Shown: piece by piece, positions 1-8,293 of the stretch
Layout: each line of letters starts with the position of its first letter
Position numbering within the stretch: position 1 is the first letter of the stretch
Assembly (NCBI GenBank): GCA_051382305.1
Contig: JBBCAV010000066.1
Coordinates: 1 to 13,532 of the forward strand
DNA: 13,532 nt
DNA from: Bdellovibrionota bacterium FG-2
Lineage (GTDB): Bacteria; Bdellovibrionota; UBA1018
Direction of reading: 5' to 3'
Position numbers and translations under genes: made by a program
Notes under the pieces: generated by a model
Told to the model about the DNA's origin: nothing
Seen by the model: the letters and a program-made list of their open reading frames with translations, nothing else
The model's database searches: none

Positions 1-65
1 CTCTTCGAATTTTGGTATCGACTTAAAATCGCAACAAGGTATTCTTTTGTGGCCTGGTAGCTCAT
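1..65 (-). mobile_element. 5' end of a probable integrase-core (rve/DDE) transposase gene, running off the window
   Basis: My translation from ATG 65 (minus) is MSYQATKEYLVAILSRYQNSK(R), with a GGAGG Shine-Dalgarno about 9 nt upstream. It resembles the 'M...R.EYL.AI..RY..AS(R/K)' N-terminus of a widespread group of IS transposases. Only about 21 codons are visible. Confidence 0.55.
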
Positions 66-115
66 AGAAACCGCCCTCCGTGGCGGCCGCAATCCGTTCC
101 AAAATCTAAGTTGTG

Positions 116-206
116 GTAACCGATATTTTGACAGAGTGCGGGATAGTGACGCTACCAGGTAATTCAACCAAAACTGCGCACCGCATCTAAGTAACAGATA
201 TTTTGA
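116..206. repeat. Two 16-bp direct repeats (GTAAC[C/A]GATATTTTGA), candidate transposon-end binding sites
   Basis: 116-131 gtaaccgatattttga and 191-206 gtaacagatattttga match at 15/16 positions with a 75-bp period. ATCTAAG lies just upstream of each (104-110 and 185-191). Both are upstream of the putative transposase start. Confidence 0.65.
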
Positions 207-268
207 GGCAATTCGTGGGTAATCGGCTTCAATACCTTCCGCTTGCCCTTCTGCTTGACGATGTGTAG

Positions 269-568
269 TTGAGACATGAGTGGTTCCTTTCCTTGCCGGG
301 TTTCCGGCGGGTTAGTTCTCTTTGGCTGGGTAACCGAGAGAGTGAACCACTCAACTTTAAATTTCAACTAACCGAGGGACGATCTGGAGTTAGGTACCGA
401 ATGGCTTGGGTTCAAAATGGAATATGTCGCGTCCTTTTCGATAATCATCATGGCAAGAGCGATCCTATACATATTGATGGGGTCGAAAAAGGTTACCTAT
501 TTGAGTTGTTCGCCAGACTCAAGGACGACTTTGAACGAGAAGTCAGGAAATTAGGAGGTCAACTATGA
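269..568 (+). CDS. DUF6516/TumE-like type II toxin, probably 5'-truncated or degenerate
   Basis: The C-terminal part GVRYRMAWVQNGICRVLFDNHHGK...HIDGVEKGYLF...RLKDDFEREV fits the DUF6516 pattern. It overlaps the next gene by ATGA (565-568). The first ~35 codons from the TTG do not resemble the family, so the start is uncertain (alternative ATG at 401). Confidence 0.65.
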   Translation: MRHEWFLSLPGFRRVSSLWLGNRESEPLNFKFQLTEGRSGVRYRMAWVQNGICRVLFDNHHGKSDPIHIDGVEKGYLFELFARLKDDFEREVRKLGGQL

Positions 569-963
569 AAGCTAAAAAGATTAGAATTCAACTTCAACCA
601 GCCCAAGCAGTGCTTGACGAGTTCGTCGCGAACGCTGAGGCGATGGCGCATCGTAAGCATAAGACGCCGACTCGGACAAAGTCAAAGAAGGACGATGAGA
701 TTGTGCTTTGTTTTGAGGATCTCTCCGTCTTTGCCAAAGTTTTTAGTCCTGAGCGATTGAGATTATTGAGAACTGTTCGCGACAAGAAACCTGCTTCGCT
801 CAATGAGTTGGCAAAAATTTTGGGTCGCGACTATCCGAATGTTTATAACGACGCTAGATTTCTTGCTGAGCAGGGTATCTTGGATTTACAAGAAAAGCCT
901 GGCAGAGGGCGAGGTACGGTCAAGCCCACTTTTGATTGGAATGGGTTTGATATAGCGGTTTGA
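565..963 (+). CDS. Winged-HTH transcriptional regulator / cognate antitoxin (HVO_A0114-like)
   Basis: Motif FEDLSVFAKVFSPERLRLLRTVRDKKPASLNELAKILGRDYPNVYNDARFL is typical of HTH antitoxins paired with DUF6516. It has a strong AGGAGG SD and is translationally coupled to the toxin gene. Confidence 0.85.
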   Translation: MKAKKIRIQLQPAQAVLDEFVANAEAMAHRKHKTPTRTKSKKDDEIVLCFEDLSVFAKVFSPERLRLLRTVRDKKPASLNELAKILGRDYPNVYNDARFLAEQGILDLQEKPGRGRGTVKPTFDWNGFDIAV

Positions 964-1197
964 TAGCGTTACCTCCTCGGTCATCCTTGATCGACTTGAC
1001 GAGAGTGCGGATGATGGCTCCGTCCCGGCTGTGGAACTTTTCCCAGACCTCAAAGATCCGCAGAAGACACTGGAATATATAATATTTTTTCATGTAATCT
1101 CCAGATTGATAAAGACAGACCGAAGCACTTAACTCGGCGGGCCATAAGAGTAAAGCGCATTTTTCAAACGAAACTCCCACTTGCGTCTCGACCAATG

Positions 1198-1224
1198 AAA
1201 AAGCCCGCTTGTTATCGCGGGCTT
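1198..1224 (-). terminator. Rho-independent terminator downstream of tRNA-Ile2
   Basis: Minus strand reads AAGCCCGC-gataacaa-GCGGGCTT-TTT: a GC stem followed by a U tract, about 35 nt after the tRNA 3' end. Confidence 0.75.
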
Positions 1225-1259
1225 GTGGTTTCACAAACTTCAACAATGATAGTTTTAAA

Positions 1260-1336
1260 TGGTGGGCCTTGTAGGACTTGAACCTACGACCAATCGGTTA
1301 TGAGCCGACCGCTCTAACCAGCTGAGCTAAAGGCCC
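1260..1336 (-). tRNA. tRNA-Ile2 (anticodon CAT, lysidine-modified, reads AUA)
   Basis: Reverse complement is GGGCCTTTAGCTCAGCTGGTTAGAGCGGTCGGCTCATAACCGATTGGTCGTAGGTTCAAGTCCTACAAGGCCCACCA: full cloverleaf with encoded CCA. C4-G69 and C5-G68 (TilS determinants) and the position after rpoD, like E. coli ileX, favour Ile2 over Met. Confidence 0.93.
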
Positions 1337-1365
1337 CCACTAACAGACATCATTACTCCTTAGAC

Positions 1366-1977
1366 TTACTTCTTTTTCGTACCAAACTTAAGTCCAATCA
1401 TCGCCTGGACTTCACTTAATTTAAACACAGCCCCCGAAGCGCTTGAAAGCGCAAGATTCGGGACTCCCATGAAATAATTTGCACCCACCGTAAGAGTCGC
1501 CTTTTTCACCGGAAACTCTAACCCCAGGCCAGCATATCCTCCGTAATCTTTAGTCTTAAGCCCATACTCCGACGAACTCCCCGCACCCACATCACCCGAA
1601 GTTGCCGTCAGGACTTTCCCTGCAACCCATGAATAATATCCACCACCGCGCAATGAAAAAAACTTTCCAAGTGAAACCCAAAAACCACCCAAAAGCGGGA
1701 AAAAGGGCGCACTGACATCATACTTGATGCCTGCCGAAGTATGCGTCCACTGGTGATTGAAGTACTCACCGCCTAGCTCAAACGCGTACCGAGTCTTAAA
1801 CGGAAAAACCAGCGTAGCCCCCCCACCCCAGCCCAAAGCGCTTCCGATTGTATCCGAAACACCCGAAACCTTAGGAAGCGAATACCCCGTGCCGCCTTGA
1901 AACCAAAATTCCACGGCATGGGCCGGGCGAACCCCCACCACGCCTAGTAAAATTAAACCAAGCCAGAGATTCTTCAT
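1366..1977 (-). CDS. Outer-membrane beta-barrel protein (OmpA-like transmembrane / PorT-like, about 8 strands)
   Basis: Sec signal peptide ending AHA, alternating aromatic/Gly amphipathic strands, terminal strand MIGLKF, and a GGAGG SD. Confidence 0.8.
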   Translation of the reverse strand: MKNLWLGLILLGVVGVRPAHAVEFWFQGGTGYSLPKVSGVSDTIGSALGWGGGATLVFPFKTRYAFELGGEYFNHQWTHTSAGIKYDVSAPFFPLLGGFWVSLGKFFSLRGGGYYSWVAGKVLTATSGDVGAGSSSEYGLKTKDYGGYAGLGLEFPVKKATLTVGANYFMGVPNLALSSASGAVFKLSEVQAMIGLKFGTKKK

Positions 1978-2003
1978 GAATACCCTCCAAACTTAGCGAA
2001 AAC

Positions 2004-3845
2004 CTAATCTACAAAAGCCTTCAAGAGTTTCGCCCGCGAAGGATGCCGAAGCTTACGGAGCGCTTTTGCCTCAATCTGACGAATACGTTCACGAGTCACG
2101 AAAAAGTCCTGACCCACTTCTTCGAGCGTGTGATCCGACTTCTCGCCGATCCCAAAGCGCATGCGAAGCACTTTCTCTTCCCGAGGAGTCAAGGTTGCGA
2201 GCACTTTTCGGGTCTGCTCGGAAAGATTGATGTTAATCACAGCATCAGAGGGATTGATGATCTTTTTGTCTTCGATGAAATCGCCCAGGTAAGAATCTTC
2301 TTCTTCCCCAATAGGCGTCTCAAGCGAAATCGGCTCTTTGGCAATCTTAAGAACCTTCCGAACCTTATCTACTGGAAGTTCCATTTTCTGAGCGATTTCC
2401 TCAGGAGTCGGTTCGCGTCCCAAACTCTGCACCAAGAGACGCGAAGTGCGAATCAACTTATTGATCGTCTCAATCATATGCACAGGAATCCGAATCGTCC
2501 GTGCCTGGTCAGCAATGGCCCGTGTAATCGCTTGCCGAATCCACCAGGTAGCATAGGTCGAAAACTTGTAGCCACGGCGATACTCGAATTTATCCACAGC
2601 CTTCATCAGACCAATATTGCCCTCTTGAATTAGGTCCAAGAACTGCAAACCGCGATTCGTGTACTTCTTCGCAATCGAAACAACAAGCCTTAGATTCGCC
2701 TCAACGAGCTCACTCTTCGCGTGGTCAGCTTTGCGCTCTCCAATCGTGAGTGTATCGTAAATACCGCGAAGCTCTTCAAGACCAATGCTCACCTCATCCT
2801 CCAAACGCTCTAGCTTTTTGGCAAGATCTTCTTCAGATTGAACAAGTTGGGCAAGCTTCTGCTCACTCACATCGTATTGCTTGCAAAGTCCTGGATGAGT
2901 TTCTAGCCCCTTGTGAAACTCACGGGAGATCTCCTTCATTTGCTTCATTTCCTTGATTCCAAGGAAATCAAAAATCTTTTTCTTCTCGTCAAACAATTCT
3001 CTGCCACGTCCCCAATACAACTTAATGTTGCCAGAGAGGTAGTTGATGGTTTTACGATTGAAGGCGAGACTCTGAAAAGCGGACTCGACGTTTTTCTCTC
3101 GTTTTTCTATTTCTTTGAGAAACTCGTCTTTTTTCTTTTGCGGAAGTTTCTTACCTTCGGGTCCGCGAGTTGCTTCGTCCATTTTCTCCTGAGCAGCCAC
3201 GAGCGCCTTAACCTTTGAAATCGCGACCAAAACTTTTTCAAGATACTTTTTTTCGTCGTCGATAGAAATTTCTTCATCGACTCCGCGAATCACATCCTTA
3301 ACTTTAGTCTTGCCGATTTCCATGCGCTCGCCGAGATCCACGATCGCAAGAGTTCCCAGTTTCGAGGCTAAAAGGCCCCTTAAAATATCGACTTCGCCTT
3401 CTTCAATTCTTTTCGCAATCTCGACTTCACCTTCTCGGGTCAGCAACGAAACGCTCCCCATCTTCTTGAGGTAAAGTTTTACAGGATCTGCACCGCGCGC
3501 AAAATCTGCCGCAGCGGGGGTGACGACCTCTTCAGAAGCATGTCCTTCTTCAGCGCCCGCAGCGGGCGCGACGAGGATCGGCTCTTCGGATTCCTCCTCA
3601 TCGCCGTCGCTATCTTTCGGCCGTTTTGCGGCATCAATGACCTCAATTTCATTTTCAGAAAGGAGGTTCATGATCTCGTCGATGGATTCAGGCGAAATCA
3701 ATTCAAGGGGGAGCAACTCATTCACTTCAACGTAAGTAAGAAAACCTCTCTGAACTCCCAGGTCCAGGAGCTTTTTGATTTCCTTATTTTTGTTGAGTGA
3801 ACCCGTGCTCTCAGGTTTGCGAGCGGATTCCTTTGGCTTATTCAT
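2004..3845 (-). CDS. rpoD: RNA polymerase primary sigma factor RpoD (sigma70)
   Basis: Region 1.1 ([10 protein letters not shown]), 1.2 ([29 protein letters not shown]), 2 ([63 protein letters not shown]) and 4 (TLEEVG...[16 protein letters not shown]). Its ATG overlaps the dnaG stop. Confidence 0.99.
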   Translation of the reverse strand: MNKPKESARKPESTGSLNKNKEIKKLLDLGVQRGFLTYVEVNELLPLELISPESIDEIMNLLSENEIEVIDAAKRPKDSDGDEEESEEPILVAPAAGAEEGHASEEVVTPAAADFARGADPVKLYLKKMGSVSLLTREGEVEIAKRIEEGEVDILRGLLASKLGTLAIVDLGERMEIGKTKVKDVIRGVDEEISIDDEKKYLEKVLVAISKVKALVAAQEKMDEATRGPEGKKLPQKKKDEFLKEIEKREKNVESAFQSLAFNRKTINYLSGNIKLYWGRGRELFDEKKKIFDFLGIKEMKQMKEISREFHKGLETHPGLCKQYDVSEQKLAQLVQSEEDLAKKLERLEDEVSIGLEELRGIYDTLTIGERKADHAKSELVEANLRLVVSIAKKYTNRGLQFLDLIQEGNIGLMKAVDKFEYRRGYKFSTYATWWIRQAITRAIADQARTIRIPVHMIETINKLIRTSRLLVQSLGREPTPEEIAQKMELPVDKVRKVLKIAKEPISLETPIGEEEDSYLGDFIEDKKIINPSDAVININLSEQTRKVLATLTPREEKVLRMRFGIGEKSDHTLEEVGQDFFVTRERIRQIEAKALRKLRHPSRAKLLKAFVD

Positions 3846-5875
3846 ATGAAGCTCTTAAACTCCTTCATCTTGCGCTGAACGTCAAGAAATACTTTCATCA
3901 GTTCCGATTGGGCTTGCAGGTCCTTTTTTTCTTCTGCTTCCGCCATCTTAGTTTTGATTTGCTGCGAAAATCGTGCCCAAATCCTGGTCACCTTCTGATT
4001 CAGTGCGCCCTCGAATTCTTCTTGAAATTCTCTGCCGGAATTTTGTCCACCTGCGTCCCCAATATCCCCAGAATCTAAAGAACCCAGAATTTCGCTTATG
4101 GCTGCGCGGAGATGACCTTCCTGCCCTTGCCCCCCCCCCGAAGACACATCCCCGTTAGCATCGGGCGAAACATAGTGTTCCGGCATCTTCCTAAAGACCT
4201 GCCATCCTCCTACCGCACCGTCTCCCAGACTCTGAACCCACCCAGAAACCCAAACTTGCGCCCCCGGCGCGTCAAAAAGTTCCGATACGAGATGCCCCGG
4301 GGGCAAATTGCTCCCGGCCTTAAAAAATTGCCCAAAAGCGCTTTCGCTACAAATAAGCCCCCGCAGAATCACCCGATCAGAAATAGTAAGTTTTTGAGAC
4401 ATTTGAGGTTTTCCTCCGCCCGAAATACTCCGAACAATCTTCTTAACGGGAACACCCCCACCATCTGGAGCCAGCCTGGATTGCATAATCGGCGCCGCAT
4501 GCGCCCCCACCCCGCCAGGAACGAGATGCCTCAGCATTTCCTGGGACAAATTCAACTTCTCCTTAAGCCCTTTAAGCCGCACCTCACGCCCAAGCGGATC
4601 CTGAAACTTGCTCAGCCACGCCCCAACTTGCTTCAATGCTTGAGTCAACGCCTCAGGGCCTTTTTCTGATTCTTTAACCGCCTGCGAAATACGGGAATCC
4701 AAGAGCGGCTCAGATTTCGCGAGAATCTCCCGCATTTGCTCTAACCCACCAGCACTAACGCGCCCGGTTTCTTTATCTAGGAGCACTTCGTCGGGATCTT
4801 TTCCCTCGGGCATCACCGCCCCATAGAGCACACAGCCATGCTCAAGCCCCACTTCCATCACGCGCTCGGTGGCTTCAATGCCTGCGCGATCGCCATCAAA
4901 CAGAATAATAATTTTGTCCGCAAACTTTCGAAAAAGCGCGAGGTGATCGCCCGAAAGCGTCGTCCCGCAGGTCGACACCACGTGCTTAAAACCCGCAGCA
5001 TGCATAGCCAAAACGTCAAAATAGCCCTCTACCAGAATAATCTCGTTTGTTTCCCGAATATGTTTTTGAGCCTGAAATAAACCAAAAGCGATTTTGCTCT
5101 TTTTGAAGATAAAGGACTCAGGGGAATTTAAATACTTTGGCCCATCCGATGCGGTCTGAGAAGACAGCCCCAGGAGCCGCCCCCCAAAACCCGCGACCCG
5201 TCCGCGTTGATCCAAAATAGGAAACATCGCGCGGTCGCGAAACAAATCAAAGAAGCCCGACCCGCCCGCGTTTTGTTTGGTCGAAGGTCGCAAAAGTCCC
5301 AGTTCCGCGGCGATGGGAAGCGGCGCTTTTTTTGCGGCCAAATGCCCACCCAAAGCGTCCCAAGAATCCGGGGCAAAACCGACATAAAAATCCTGCTCGA
5401 GCTCCGGCGTGAGGCCGCGCTTTACAAAATAATCCCGGACAGAGGGAGCAGCTTGAAACGTCTGATGAAAAAATGCCGCTACAAATCGGTTGAGTCTAAA
5501 GGCCAGCGCTTTTTTTTCTGCCACGGCATCTCGCTGCTCCGCAGACTGAGAAGATAGACTGACCCCTTGAGGCAGTGGAATTCTCGAACGCTCCGCTAGC
5601 TCAATTACCGCATCGGGAAAACTCAAACCATGGAGGTCGATAAAAAACGAAAAGAGATCGCCCCCTTTTTTGCAGCCATAACAATAGTACACTTGGCGCG
5701 ACTCGCTGACACTAAACGAAGGCGTGCGCTCAGAATGAAAAGGACATAACCCTACATGATTTGAGCCCGTTTTACGCAAAACGACGTGCTCGCCCACCAC
5801 CTCTATGAGGTTGACGGCTTCACGGATTTTTTGAATAAACTCAGGCGGAAATCGTCCCGCTGAAACCTGTGGCAA
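3842..5875 (-). CDS. dnaG: DNA primase DnaG
   Basis: CHC2 zinc finger (CPFH...CYGC), KYLNSPE, TOPRIM motifs EGYFD and FDGDRAG, KDPDE. I place the start at TTG 5875, just after the yqeY stop, rather than the ORF-track start at 5962 inside yqeY. Confidence 0.97.
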   Translation of the reverse strand: MPQVSAGRFPPEFIQKIREAVNLIEVVGEHVVLRKTGSNHVGLCPFHSERTPSFSVSESRQVYYCYGCKKGGDLFSFFIDLHGLSFPDAVIELAERSRIPLPQGVSLSSQSAEQRDAVAEKKALAFRLNRFVAAFFHQTFQAAPSVRDYFVKRGLTPELEQDFYVGFAPDSWDALGGHLAAKKAPLPIAAELGLLRPSTKQNAGGSGFFDLFRDRAMFPILDQRGRVAGFGGRLLGLSSQTASDGPKYLNSPESFIFKKSKIAFGLFQAQKHIRETNEIILVEGYFDVLAMHAAGFKHVVSTCGTTLSGDHLALFRKFADKIIILFDGDRAGIEATERVMEVGLEHGCVLYGAVMPEGKDPDEVLLDKETGRVSAGGLEQMREILAKSEPLLDSRISQAVKESEKGPEALTQALKQVGAWLSKFQDPLGREVRLKGLKEKLNLSQEMLRHLVPGGVGAHAAPIMQSRLAPDGGGVPVKKIVRSISGGGKPQMSQKLTISDRVILRGLICSESAFGQFFKAGSNLPPGHLVSELFDAPGAQVWVSGWVQSLGDGAVGGWQVFRKMPEHYVSPDANGDVSSGGGQGQEGHLRAAISEILGSLDSGDIGDAGGQNSGREFQEEFEGALNQKVTRIWARFSQQIKTKMAEAEEKKDLQAQSELMKVFLDVQRKMKEFKSFI

Positions 5876-5882
5876 CTTGATT

Positions 5883-6353
5883 TCAGCCTTTTGCAATTCG
5901 ATCGCGGACAAGCTGGTTAACCAGTTTTCCGTCGGCGCGCCCCTGGATTTTGGGAACGACAAGCTTCATGACATTCCCCATGTCCTTTGGACCAAGCGTT
6001 GGATTCGTCGACTTAACTTCGCCAACCGCCCATTCAACAATCTGCTGTACTTCAGCTTCGCTCATTTGAGCCGGCATGAAGGCTTGAAGAAAATGGAGTT
6101 CTGCCTCTTCTTTCGCCACCAGATCCTCCCGACCCCCTTGTCTAAATTGGTCGATGGAGTCTTGGCGCTGCTTCACAAGCGTCGAAATGATCTTCAATAC
6201 CCCAGCATCATCAAGGTCAGTACGATCATCGATTTCACGCTTCCGAACAGCCGCATGCAAATTGCGACAAAAAGCGAGCCGATCTTTTTGAGAGGGCCCG
6301 CCTTTCATGGCAGCTTTCATGGATTCGGAAAGTGTTTCTTTGATTGTGGCCAT
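5883..6353 (-). CDS. yqeY: GatB/YqeY domain-containing protein
   Basis: Motifs MKAAMK, KQRQDSIDQFRQGGREDLVAKEEAE and KDMGNVMK...GRADGKLVNQLVR. Conserved position between rpsU and dnaG. Confidence 0.95.
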   Translation of the reverse strand: MATIKETLSESMKAAMKGGPSQKDRLAFCRNLHAAVRKREIDDRTDLDDAGVLKIISTLVKQRQDSIDQFRQGGREDLVAKEEAELHFLQAFMPAQMSEAEVQQIVEWAVGEVKSTNPTLGPKDMGNVMKLVVPKIQGRADGKLVNQLVRDRIAKG

Positions 6354-6368
6354 CGCTGGCCCCCTTTC

Positions 6369-6566
6369 TTAGAAACGGCTTGGCCGTCCTTTTTTAACCA
6401 GGCGCTTGCGAGCGGCGGCGTCTTTCTTCTTACGTTTCACAGAAGGCTTTTCATAAGACTCACGCTTACGTACTTCCGAAAGAATGCCGGCTTTTTCACA
6501 CTGCTTCTTGAATTTCTTCAAGGCAGCTTCGAAGGAATCTCCTTCACGAATCATTATTCCAGGCAT
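6369..6566 (-). CDS. rpsU: 30S ribosomal protein S21
   Basis: [51 protein letters not shown] at 6566 has an AAGGGGGTG SD. Confidence 0.98.
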   Translation of the reverse strand: MPGIMIREGDSFEAALKKFKKQCEKAGILSEVRKRESYEKPSVKRKKKDAAARKRLVKKGRPSRF

Positions 6567-6634
6567 AGTTGTCACCCCCTTTCGCCAATAAAATTAGGTT
6601 TAAGGTTAATAAACGTTTCGCGGGAAAAAATCCA

Positions 6635-8206
6635 TCATTTCTTGGGATCGCTAGCTTTTGGATCAGCCGCCGGCAACGCGGGTGCTCCTGCGCAGATCTT
6701 AAGATCAAGCTCCAAAGGCGGAGGCGTCGCGTCCGCACTTTCCGCGTCAAAACGCAGTGAGACGTGAGAAGACTTCTTCTTGAAGATGTCCAGGGGGCTA
6801 AACGTCAAGGTTGCCTTACTCGTGGCGGTCTTGATTTTGTGAACCGACTGGAGGTTCGCGTTAAATTCAAACTGAGTTTCCCATTGAGGAAGATCAATTT
6901 TCGCATTTGGCGGGTTGGTTTTGTCATTTGAAAAATCTAAAGTGGCGGTGGCTTCATAGCTTTTCGTCCAGAACTTCCACCACTTCCGCACTGCGTACTC
7001 TTCGAGCCATTTATCAGTCTGACCCGCTATGCATGACGGAATAGGGTAAATAAAGAGGGGGGCGTTGGGCTCGCCCGGCGCTACGACTTTGCCTGAAGCC
7101 GCCCAACTGATTTTGGCGGAATGCGTGGTGTTCCAAGTCTTCAAGGTTTCGTCGATTTCTTTTTGCGCTTTGGGTACGGCGATAAGAAAAGGCCGTTCTC
7201 TTAAGGTATTCACCGCCGATTGCGATAGATCCGCCTGGCACCCCCCCGGAACGGCGGGCGCATTTTTGTCTTTAGGGTCTGGATTCACGCAAGCCAAGTT
7301 GGTCGCATAAACCATCTTCGCCATAGTCTCAGAGAGCCTCCCTTGAAGCTTGGAGTTCCAAGTTTCCGTAGCATCAACCGGAGCATGGACGATGGCCCGA
7401 ACCGTATCGCCATCATCAATGACTGGGGCCCCTGCATTTCCAGGGATATAGGCGAAAGGACAATTTAGCGTCACAACTTGAGTTGCTTCATTATCAAACT
7501 GAGGCAGCGCAAAGGAGTTCTGAACCGCCGTACAAAATTTGCTGCGGATTTCACCCATGAGATGGATGGTCGTCGTGGGAATCATCTCCGAAACTTTCAC
7601 TACTTGGCCCTCTTTGAGTCCTTCCCGGTTCACGACAAGAATGTCCCGCGGAACGGGACGATCAAGGCGAATGAATGCATAATCAGGGTTAAATTGGCCA
7701 TTAATCGCTTCAACTCGAGAAGCACTCAAAACTTCCAAACATTTCGCTTCGGAACCAGGAAGATTTCCCACGTCTGGAAACATGACCTTGATACGATCCG
7801 TGCAAACTGCACCCTCCTTTTTCAAATCTTCCGGAATACAATGACTGCTCGTCGCAAGCATTTCGTTATTGTTGGCCAAAAAAGCGGTACACTGTTGAAT
7901 CGAATTCTCACCAATAGCCAAAAGCATCCCCACCGCGGGAGGACAGGCCGAAGAATTCTCTCTTTCCGTGCAAAGTACCCCGCCTTCTGTAACCAATTTT
8001 GCTTTTTGCTCATCACTAAAGGAGTTGATTTTTCCGTTTGCGCCCGGGGTTCCCGAGGGACCCGCACCCGGCGTTGCTGAATCCGCCTTTTTCTGATCCT
8101 CACCCAGTTGTGAACTGTCGTTTTTGCTTTTGGCACACCCAGAGATTCCAAAGATAATCCCGAGAGAAAGCCCGCCCACCAACAAAAATATTTTTCCTGT
8201 TTTCAT
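6635..8206 (-). CDS. Lipoprotein with trypsin-like (S1) peptidase fold; catalytic Ser appears replaced by Ala
   Basis: From ATG 8206: MKTGKIFLLVGGLSLGIIFGISG-C (lipobox). It has CTAFL, His motif ATSSHC, Asp motif PDYAFIRL and nucleophile-loop motif PGNAGAPV. It is Cys-rich with an unassigned C-terminal domain. Confidence 0.8.
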   Translation of the reverse strand: MKTGKIFLLVGGLSLGIIFGISGCAKSKNDSSQLGEDQKKADSATPGAGPSGTPGANGKINSFSDEQKAKLVTEGGVLCTERENSSACPPAVGMLLAIGENSIQQCTAFLANNNEMLATSSHCIPEDLKKEGAVCTDRIKVMFPDVGNLPGSEAKCLEVLSASRVEAINGQFNPDYAFIRLDRPVPRDILVVNREGLKEGQVVKVSEMIPTTTIHLMGEIRSKFCTAVQNSFALPQFDNEATQVVTLNCPFAYIPGNAGAPVIDDGDTVRAIVHAPVDATETWNSKLQGRLSETMAKMVYATNLACVNPDPKDKNAPAVPGGCQADLSQSAVNTLRERPFLIAVPKAQKEIDETLKTWNTTHSAKISWAASGKVVAPGEPNAPLFIYPIPSCIAGQTDKWLEEYAVRKWWKFWTKSYEATATLDFSNDKTNPPNAKIDLPQWETQFEFNANLQSVHKIKTATSKATLTFSPLDIFKKKSSHVSLRFDAESADATPPPLELDLKICAGAPALPAADPKASDPKK

Positions 8207-8217
8207 AGTCGGCCCGG

Positions 8218-8247
8218 ACCATACCTCGTCATGACACGTGGCGTCAA
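8218..8247 (-). promoter_or_regulatory. Putative sigma70 promoter for the lipoprotein gene
   Basis: TTGACG (8247-8242), 18-nt spacer, TATGGT (8223-8218). Predicted start is only a few nt before ATG 8206. Confidence 0.4.
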
Positions 8248-8256
8248 GAGAGTAAT

Positions 8257-8285
8257 TGGACAGCCCCCCAGTCACGCGCTACAAT
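8257..8285 (+). promoter_or_regulatory. Putative sigma70 promoter for the FliG-C gene
   Basis: TGGACA (8257-8262), 17-nt spacer, TACAAT (8280-8285). Predicted start near 8292, next to ATG 8294. Confidence 0.55.
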
Positions 8286-8293
8286 CAAAGCCC

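Noticed and set aside
116..206. Mini CRISPR array
   Set aside because: Only two 16-bp units with a 59-bp gap and no cas genes in view. Transposon-end repeats explain it better.
164..367. 67-aa minus-strand ORF
   Set aside because: No recognisable motif, and it runs across the repeat/IS-end region and the toxin ORF.
1260..1336. tRNA-Met or tRNA-fMet call
   Set aside because: It has a paired G1-C72 and lacks the three G-C anticodon-stem pairs of initiator tRNA. Acceptor stem and context fit Ile2.
5876..5962. N-terminal extension of DnaG overlapping yqeY
   Set aside because: Primase-like sequence begins near RFPPEFI, and TTG 5875 just after the yqeY stop is the more plausible start.
2043..6767. 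Plus-strand ORFs such as 2043-2633, 4112-4669 and 5877-6767
   Set aside because: They are antisense shadows of rpoD, dnaG, yqeY and rpsU with no protein-like motifs.
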